A DNA stretch of 64,000 nt from an uncultured Acidobacteriota bacterium (GTDB lineage: Bacteria; Acidobacteriota; Vicinamibacteria; Vicinamibacterales; UBA2999), in NCBI GenBank assembly GCA_963735875.1, contig CAVTMO010000017.1, positions 548,040 through 612,039 of the forward strand, in the 5' to 3' direction. Of the stretch, positions 21,411-27,702 are shown piece by piece (the first letter of the stretch is position 1; each line of letters opens with the position of its first letter). Position numbers and translations under genes: made by a program. The notes below the pieces were generated by a model that was given only the letters and a program-made list of their open reading frames with translations, was not told the origin of the DNA and searched no databases.

Positions 21411-22931
21411 ATGCCCACGCTCACCCGCCGTGCGTTCGCCGGAACCCTGCTCGCCGGTGCCGCCGTGTCTCGCGTCCGGACCCCGCTGGCGGCCCAGCGG
21501 TCAGCGACGCCCACCGACCTGGCCTGGACCTCGCTCACCGAGGCCGCCGAACTGGTGCGTGCGAAACGGGTGTCGCCGACCGAGCTCGTGACGGCCTGTC
21601 TCGATCGCATCGCGACTTACAACCCGAAGCTGAACGCGTTCATCACCATCACCGGCGAGGCCGCCCTGGCGCGCGCCAAGGCGCTCGAAGGTTCGACCGC
21701 GGCGCGCGGGCCGCTGCACGGCGTGCCGATCGCCCTCAAGGACAACATCGACACGGCCGGCGTCCGGACGACCGCCGCGAGCTCCGTGTACGATGACCGC
21801 ATCCCGGCCGAGGACGCCGAGGTGACGCGGCGGCTGGCTGCCGCCGGCGCGATCGTGCTGGGCAAGCTGAACCTGCACGAGTTCGCCAACGGCGGCACGT
21901 CGGCGACCAGCTACTACGGCCCCGTCCGCAACCCGTGGGCGCTCGACCGCAACCCTGGCGGCTCGTCGGGCGGGTCGGCTGCCGCCGTGTCGGCGGCGCT
22001 GTGCTACGGAGCGCTCGGCACCGACACCGGCGGTTCCATCCGGACGCCGGCCTCCTACTGCAGCATCGTGGGACTCAAGCCCACCTACGGGCTGGTGTCG
22101 ATCCGCGGCATCATCCCGCTGGTGCTCTCGCTCGACCACTGCGGCCCGATGACGCGCACGGTGGCCGACGCCGCGTTGATGCTGCAGGCGCTGGCCGGCT
22201 ACGACCGTCTCGACATCGCCAGCGTGGAGCACCCGGCCGAGGACTACGCCGCCGCGCTGGCCACGCCGGTGAAGGGCCTGCGCGTGGGTGTGGCCCGGGC
22301 CCCGTTCTTCGACCATCTCGACGACGATGTCGCGACGGCGACCGAGGCCGCGCTGAAGACGATCGCCGGCCTGACCCGCAGCATGAGCGACGTGGTGCTG
22401 CCGACAACCCGGGACGCCAACCTGAACGGCGAGATGTACGCCTATCACGAAGCGCTGTTCACGAAGATGGCAGGCCGCTATCAGATTCCGACGCGGCGCA
22501 ACCTGCAGAACGGCAGCAACACCAAGGCCGCCGACTACATCCGCGGCCGCTGGGCGCTGGAGGCCCTGCGACGGACCATCGACGACAGCTTCCGTGACAT
22601 CGACGTCGTGGTCCTGCCCACGCGCCGGCACACCCCGCGCACGGTCGACGCGGCGATCGAGCGCGAGGAGACCGACGTGCCGCGCAATCCCGAACTCGAG
22701 AACACCGGCCAGTTCAACGTCTACGGCATCCCGGCGATCTCGGTGCCGTGCGGGTTCACCTCGGCCGGCCTGCCGGTCGGCCTGATGATCGCCGGCCCCC
22801 GCTTCTCCGAGGGCCGCGTCCTGGCCCTGGCTCATGCCTTCGAGAAGGCGACGGAGTGGCACACCAAACGCCCGCCACTCAAGCCCGACACGCCGGTGCC
22901 GCCGTTGGCGAAGACGACGTCCAGCGGCTAG
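21411..22931 (+). CDS. amidase (amidase-signature family), Tat-signal
   Basis: MPTLTRRAFAGTLLAGAAV twin-arginine motif. PLHGVPIALKDNID...NPGGSSGGSAAAVSA...GTDTGGSIRTPASYC. Confidence 0.85.
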   Translation: MPTLTRRAFAGTLLAGAAVSRVRTPLAAQRSATPTDLAWTSLTEAAELVRAKRVSPTELVTACLDRIATYNPKLNAFITITGEAALARAKALEGSTAARGPLHGVPIALKDNIDTAGVRTTAASSVYDDRIPAEDAEVTRRLAAAGAIVLGKLNLHEFANGGTSATSYYGPVRNPWALDRNPGGSSGGSAAAVSAALCYGALGTDTGGSIRTPASYCSIVGLKPTYGLVSIRGIIPLVLSLDHCGPMTRTVADAALMLQALAGYDRLDIASVEHPAEDYAAALATPVKGLRVGVARAPFFDHLDDDVATATEAALKTIAGLTRSMSDVVLPTTRDANLNGEMYAYHEALFTKMAGRYQIPTRRNLQNGSNTKAADYIRGRWALEALRRTIDDSFRDIDVVVLPTRRHTPRTVDAAIEREETDVPRNPELENTGQFNVYGIPAISVPCGFTSAGLPVGLMIAGPRFSEGRVLALAHAFEKATEWHTKRPPLKPDTPVPPLAKTTSSG

Positions 22932-22943
22932 CGGCTACAAGCG

Positions 22944-23786
22944 TCAGTACGTGTAGAACCCTTTCCCGCTCTTCTTCCCCAGGTGCCCGGCCAGCACCAT
23001 CCGCTTGAGCAGCGGTGGCGGCGCGAAGCGGGTCTCGCGGAACTCGTCGAACAGGATGTTGGCGATGAAATAGGTCGTGTCGAGGCCGACAAAGTCGAGC
23101 AGGGTGAACGGACCCATCGGATAGCCGCACCCCAGCATCATGCCCTTGTCGATGTCCTCGACCGTGCCCAGGCCGTCTTCGAGGCAGCGGACGGCGTCGA
23201 GCAGGTACGGCACCAGCAGCCGGTTGACGATGAATCCGCCGCGGTCGGGTGCGGCGATCGGCTCCTTGCCGATGGCCCTGGCGAACGCGGTCAAGGCCTC
23301 TTGCGTCGCCGGGCTCGTGGTGAGGGCGCGGATGACCTCGACGAGCTTCATCAGCGGCACGGGGTTGAAGAAGTGGAGCCCGCCGAAGCGATCAGGCCGC
23401 TTCGTGCCCGCCGCCAGCTCGGTCACGCACAACGACGAGGTGTTCGACGCGAGCAGGCAGTGGTCACCCACCACCGCCTCGACCTGGGCGTAGGCCTGGC
23501 GCTTGGCGTCGACGTTCTCGACGATCGCCTCGATCACCAGGTCACACGCCGCCAGGTCCGCATACGAGGTCGTCCCCGAGAGCCGGCCGCGGACCTCGGC
23601 TTTCGCCTCGGCCGTCATCTTCCCTTTCGCCACACCGCCCTCAAGGAACTTGTCGATGCGCGCCAGCCCCCTGGCCAGCACGTCCTGGTTCACCTCGAGC
23701 ACGATGGTCCTGAAGCCGGCGGCCGCCGACACCTGCGCGATCCCCGCGCCCATCAATCCACAACCCAACACACCGACCGTTTTCAT
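22944..23786 (-). CDS. hbd: 3-hydroxybutyryl-CoA / 3-hydroxyacyl-CoA dehydrogenase
   Basis: ATG 23786. MKTVGVLGCGLMGAGIAQV (NAD fold) ...ASNTSSL...GLHFFNPVPLMKLVEV...GFIVNRLL. Confidence 0.9.
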   Translation of the reverse strand: MKTVGVLGCGLMGAGIAQVSAAAGFRTIVLEVNQDVLARGLARIDKFLEGGVAKGKMTAEAKAEVRGRLSGTTSYADLAACDLVIEAIVENVDAKRQAYAQVEAVVGDHCLLASNTSSLCVTELAAGTKRPDRFGGLHFFNPVPLMKLVEVIRALTTSPATQEALTAFARAIGKEPIAAPDRGGFIVNRLLVPYLLDAVRCLEDGLGTVEDIDKGMMLGCGYPMGPFTLLDFVGLDTTYFIANILFDEFRETRFAPPPLLKRMVLAGHLGKKSGKGFYTY

Positions 23787-23794
23787 CGTGGCAG

Positions 23795-23827
23795 CCCCGT
23801 TCCCTGTTCCCCGTTCCCTGTTCCCTA
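23795..23827 (-). repeat. G-tract array (GGGAACA/GGGGAAC units) filling the thiolase-hbd intercistronic gap
   Basis: Minus strand reads TAGGGAACAGGGAACGGGGAACAGGGAACGGGG. That is five G3-4 runs with 3-4 nt loops, a tandem 14-mer GGAACAGGGAACGG x2. It begins in the TAG stop of the thiolase and ends 8 nt before the hbd ATG. Confidence 0.8.
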
Positions 23828-25012
23828 CTGAAGCCCTTCGATGATCATCGCAATCCCCTGCCCGCCGCCGATGCAGGCCGAGGCGACACCGTAGCGCTTC
23901 TTGCGCCGCCGGAGCTCGAGCGCCAGCGTCAGCAGCAGGCGGGCGCCGCTGGCCCCGAGCGGATGCCCGAGCGCGATCGCCCCGCCGTTCACGTTGACCC
24001 GGTCCCGGTCGAGCCCGAGCTCCTTCTCGCAGGCCAGGTATTGCGGCGCGAATGCCTCGTTGATCTCGATGAGGTCGAGCTGTCCGATCGACAAGTCGGC
24101 GCGCGCCAGCGCCTTGCGGATGGCGGGCGCTGGTCCCATCCCCATCAGCGTCGGTTCGACCCCCACCGCCGCCCACGACACGAGGCGGGCGATCGGCGCC
24201 ACGCCGTGGGCCCGCGCCGCGTCGCCCGAGGCAATGACCAGCGCGGCCGCTCCGTCGACGATGCCGCTGGCGTTGCCGGCGGTGACCACCCCGTCCTTCT
24301 TGAACACGGTGGGCAGCGCCGCCAGCCCCTCCAGCGTCGTCTCGGGCCTCAAGTGGTCGTCACGATCGATCGTCGTGACGCCCTTGCGCGTCTTGACCTC
24401 GACGGGGACGACTTCCTCGGCCAGGGCCCCCGACGACCAGGCGGCGTGCGCCAGCTGCTGGCTGCGCAGCGCGTAGCAGTCGGCCTCCTCGCGCGTGATG
24501 CCGTATTTCGCGGCGCAGTTCTCGGCGGTGATCGCCATCGAGCAGCCGGCATACGGATCGTTCAGCCCTTCCCACAGCCAGTCCTCGAGCTTGCCCTGGC
24601 CCAGGCGCAGCCCGCTGCGCAGGCCGCGAATCACGTGGGGCACCTGGCTCATACTCTCCATGCCGCCGGCAACCACCACGGCCGCCTCGCCGAGCAGGAT
24701 CTGCTGGGCCCCGCTGACCACCGCCTGGATGCCCGATCCACAGAGGCGGTTCACGGTCAGCGCCGGCACCTCGATCGGCAACCCGGCGCGAAGGCCCACG
24801 TGCCTTGCCCCGTAGTGGGCGTCGGTGCTGCTCTGTTGCACGTTGCCGAAGACGACGTGGTCGACGGCGGCGGGCGCCACGCCGGCGCGGCTCAGGGCGC
24901 CACGCGTCGCCACGGCGCCGAGCTCGATTGCCGACACGTCCTTCAACGCGCCGACGTGCTGGGTCATGGGCGTACGGGCGCCGCCGAGGATGAAGAGATC
25001 GTTGCTGGGCAT
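23825..25012 (-). CDS. acetyl-CoA C-acetyltransferase (thiolase II)
   Basis: LTVNRLCGSGIQAV (active Cys) ...NEAFA...NVNGGAIALGHPLGASG...ASACIGGGQG. Confidence 0.9.
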   Translation of the reverse strand: MPSNDLFILGGARTPMTQHVGALKDVSAIELGAVATRGALSRAGVAPAAVDHVVFGNVQQSSTDAHYGARHVGLRAGLPIEVPALTVNRLCGSGIQAVVSGAQQILLGEAAVVVAGGMESMSQVPHVIRGLRSGLRLGQGKLEDWLWEGLNDPYAGCSMAITAENCAAKYGITREEADCYALRSQQLAHAAWSSGALAEEVVPVEVKTRKGVTTIDRDDHLRPETTLEGLAALPTVFKKDGVVTAGNASGIVDGAAALVIASGDAARAHGVAPIARLVSWAAVGVEPTLMGMGPAPAIRKALARADLSIGQLDLIEINEAFAPQYLACEKELGLDRDRVNVNGGAIALGHPLGASGARLLLTLALELRRRKKRYGVASACIGGGQGIAMIIEGLQ

Positions 25013-25034
25013 GAGTCCTGTCCTTCGTCCTGAA

Positions 25035-26093
25035 TCAGTGGGCGCGGGCCACGGCCGCGGCGATCACGTCGCCCACCGCCGTCGTGCCGAGCGTGCCGCC
25101 GACGTCGCTGGTCGTCTGGCCGGCGTGCACGGCGGCTTCCACGGCCCGCTCGATCGCCTGCGCTTCGGCCGTCCATCCGAGGGTCTCCAGCATCAACGCG
25201 GCCGACAGGATCGCCCCCATCGGGTTGGCGACGTTCTTTCCGGCCAGCGGCGGCGCCGAACCGTGCACCGGCTCGAAGAGCGACGTGCGGCCGGGATGGA
25301 TGTTGGCCGATGCCGCCATCCCCAACCCGCCCTGCAGGGCCCCGCCGATGTCGGTGACGATGTCGCCGAAGAGGTTGTTGGTGACGATGACCTGGTACTG
25401 GCCGGGGTCCTTGACCAGGAACATCGCCAGCGCGTCGATGAACTGGTGCGTCGCCGTGATCGCCGGGAACTCGCCGGCGACCTCCTTGAAGACCCGCTGC
25501 CACAGGGCGTGGCCCTGCGCCATGGCGTTGCTCTTGTCGGCCATGCAGACCTTGGTCAATCCGCGGGCCGCGGCGTAGTCGAAGGCGTGGCGGATGATGC
25601 GGTGCACGCCCTTCCAGGTGTTGATCTCCTCCTGGATCGCCACCTCGTCGGGAGTGCCGGCCTTGAAGCGGCCGCCGACGCCGACGTAGACGCCTTCGGT
25701 GTTCTCCCTGAACACGACGAAGTTGATGTCGGCGCGACCGCGGCCCTTGAGCGGACACAGTCGATCGTCGAGCAGCTTCACCGGCCGGTAGTTGACGTAG
25801 AGATCGAGTTCGAACCGGGTGCCGAGCAGGATGTCGCGGGCATGGCGATTGTCGGGCACACGCGGATCGCCGAGCGCGCCGACGAGCACGGCCGCGAAGT
25901 CGTCGCGCAGCCGGCGATACCCGTCGGCCGGCAGCGTCTCACCGGTGGCCAGGTAGTGGTCGGCGCTCCACGGCAGATGCTGCAGATCGAGCGACTTGCC
26001 AGAGGCGGCGCAGACGGCGTTCAGCACCTTGACCGCCTCGGCCGTCACGTCTTTCCCGATCCCGTCGCCGGGGATCACCGCGATCCGCATCAC
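25035..26093 (-). CDS. tartrate dehydrogenase/decarboxylase / D-malate dehydrogenase-like (isopropylmalate dehydrogenase family)
   Basis: MRIAVIPGDGIGKDV...YVNYRPVK...FVVFRENTEGVY...DKSNAM...NLFGDIVTDIG...FEPVHGSAPPLAGKNVANP. Overall resembles DmlA/TtuC more than LeuB (recalled similarity, not computed). Confidence 0.8.
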   Translation of the reverse strand: MMRIAVIPGDGIGKDVTAEAVKVLNAVCAASGKSLDLQHLPWSADHYLATGETLPADGYRRLRDDFAAVLVGALGDPRVPDNRHARDILLGTRFELDLYVNYRPVKLLDDRLCPLKGRGRADINFVVFRENTEGVYVGVGGRFKAGTPDEVAIQEEINTWKGVHRIIRHAFDYAAARGLTKVCMADKSNAMAQGHALWQRVFKEVAGEFPAITATHQFIDALAMFLVKDPGQYQVIVTNNLFGDIVTDIGGALQGGLGMAASANIHPGRTSLFEPVHGSAPPLAGKNVANPMGAILSAALMLETLGWTAEAQAIERAVEAAVHAGQTTSDVGGTLGTTAVGDVIAAAVARAH

Positions 26094-26097
26094 GAAG

Positions 26098-26133
26098 CCT
26101 TCCCGGTCCCCGGTCGCCGGTCCCCGGTCCCCG
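26098..26133 (-). repeat. G-tract array (GGGGACC heptads) in the thiolase / TtuC-like intercistronic gap
   Basis: Minus strand reads CGGGGACCGGGGACCGGCGACCGGGGACCGGGAAGG. It lies between TGA 26155 and the GTG/ATG start at 26093/26090. Confidence 0.8.
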
Positions 26134-26154
26134 AGGGCGAGGCGTTCAGAGTGT

Positions 26155-27360
26155 TCACAGCGCCTCGATCGCCATCGCCATTCCCATGCCTCCGCTCACG
26201 CAGAGCGTCGCGATGCCGCGCGCCGCGCCGCGCCGTCGAAGCTCGTGCAGCAGCGTCACGACGATGCGCGTGCCGGTACAGCCGATCGGATGGCCCAGGG
26301 CGATCGCGCCGCCGTTGACGTTGAGCTTCGCGGGGGCGATCGGCACGTCGCGGGTCACCGCGATCACCTGCGCGGCGAAGGCTTCATTCAGCTCGACCAG
26401 GTCCACACCGTCCACGGTGAGCCCGGTGCGCGCCTGCAGCTTCCGGAGCGCGGGGACCGGACCGATGCCCATCACCCGCGGATCCACCCCGGCGCTGGCC
26501 CAGCCGATGATGCGCGCCAGCGGCCGCACGCCGTGCGCATGGGCCCACTCGGCCGAGGCGAGCACCACGGCGGCGCCCCCGTCGGTGATGCCCGAGGCCG
26601 AGCCCGCGGTGATGATCCCGGGTTGCCCTTCGACCACGGGGAACGTCAGCGCGAGCCTGGCGAGCCCCTCGATCGTGGACCCCGGCCTCGGGTGCTCGTC
26701 GGCCCGCAGCGTGACGGTCTTCCCGCGCTCGGTGAGCTCGACGGGCGCGATCTCGGCGTCGAAGCGGCCCTCGCGCTGCGCCACTTCGGCCTTGCGCTGA
26801 CTCTCGAGGGCGAACGCGTCGGACTCGGCGCGGGTGATGCCGTACTGGCGGGCCAGGATCTCCGCGGTCTCCCCCATGATCAGGCCCGACAGCGGACACG
26901 AGAAGCCATCGCGATACATGGCGTCCACGAGCTGGAAGTGGCCCATCTTGTGGCCCCACCGTGCATCGGCGGCGTCCACGAGATACGGCATCCGGCTCAT
27001 CGACTCGACACCGCCGGCCACGACTACCGCCGACTCACCGAGCAGGATGCTCTGGGCGCCCGAGGCGATCGTCTGCAGGCCTGACGCGCAGGCCTTGTTG
27101 ATCGTCTGCGCCGGCGCCGTCACGGGTATTCCGGCGCGATATCCGACCTGCCGGGCCGGATTCGGCCCTGAACCGGCCTGCCGGCCGTGGCCGATGAGCA
27201 CTTCGTCCACCGCCTCCGGCGGCACCCCGGAGCGCGCGAGCGCGGCCCGCACGGCGACGGCGCCCAGTTCCGCGGGGTGCGTGTCCTTGAGCGAGCCGCC
27301 GTACCGCCCGATGGGGGTGCGGGCGGCCCCGAGGATCACGACATCCGCGGCAGCAGCCAT
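26155..27360 (-). CDS. acetyl-CoA C-acetyltransferase (thiolase II), second copy
   Basis: INKACASGLQTI (active Cys) ...NEAFAAQ...NVNGGAIALGHPIGCTG...LCVSGGMG. Confidence 0.9.
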   Translation of the reverse strand: MAAAADVVILGAARTPIGRYGGSLKDTHPAELGAVAVRAALARSGVPPEAVDEVLIGHGRQAGSGPNPARQVGYRAGIPVTAPAQTINKACASGLQTIASGAQSILLGESAVVVAGGVESMSRMPYLVDAADARWGHKMGHFQLVDAMYRDGFSCPLSGLIMGETAEILARQYGITRAESDAFALESQRKAEVAQREGRFDAEIAPVELTERGKTVTLRADEHPRPGSTIEGLARLALTFPVVEGQPGIITAGSASGITDGGAAVVLASAEWAHAHGVRPLARIIGWASAGVDPRVMGIGPVPALRKLQARTGLTVDGVDLVELNEAFAAQVIAVTRDVPIAPAKLNVNGGAIALGHPIGCTGTRIVVTLLHELRRRGAARGIATLCVSGGMGMAMAIEAL

Positions 27361-27702
27361 TCGCCCGCGATGATATCAAACGGTTGTTCAAATCGGCTCG
27401 AGTGAGGCGTCACCAGGCGACGACGCGTCGCCTTCTGGGCCCAGTGACGAGGCACGATTCGGCGTTTCGTGGCGTGAGAATGCGCCCCAACACCATAAAC
27501 AGGCCTTATGTCCCCTGACGGATCCAAGAATGGGGATCCGGGGGCTCAGAGATCAGGATCCCGGTCAGTGATGAATGGTTTCGTCCCTGACGGCATCGCC
27601 TAAACCTGTCGGTGTTCGCCTCTGTCTGGACTGGCATGGACTTTTCAATCGACCAACCGTTCGGTAGGTGAATTCCATTTCTTTGGCAGGAGTAGACACA
27701 GC

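Noticed and set aside
27336-27527. 63-aa ORF on the minus strand in the divergent intergenic region
   Set aside because: It overlaps the thiolase start, has no RBS or recognisable motif, and has atypical composition. Probably non-coding.
27631-27648. Sigma-54-like motif CTGGCATGGACTTTTCAA upstream of the receptor gene 27703
   Set aside because: The -24 half is acceptable, but the near-invariant GC of the -12 element is TC here. This is too weak to call, unlike 5260-5276.
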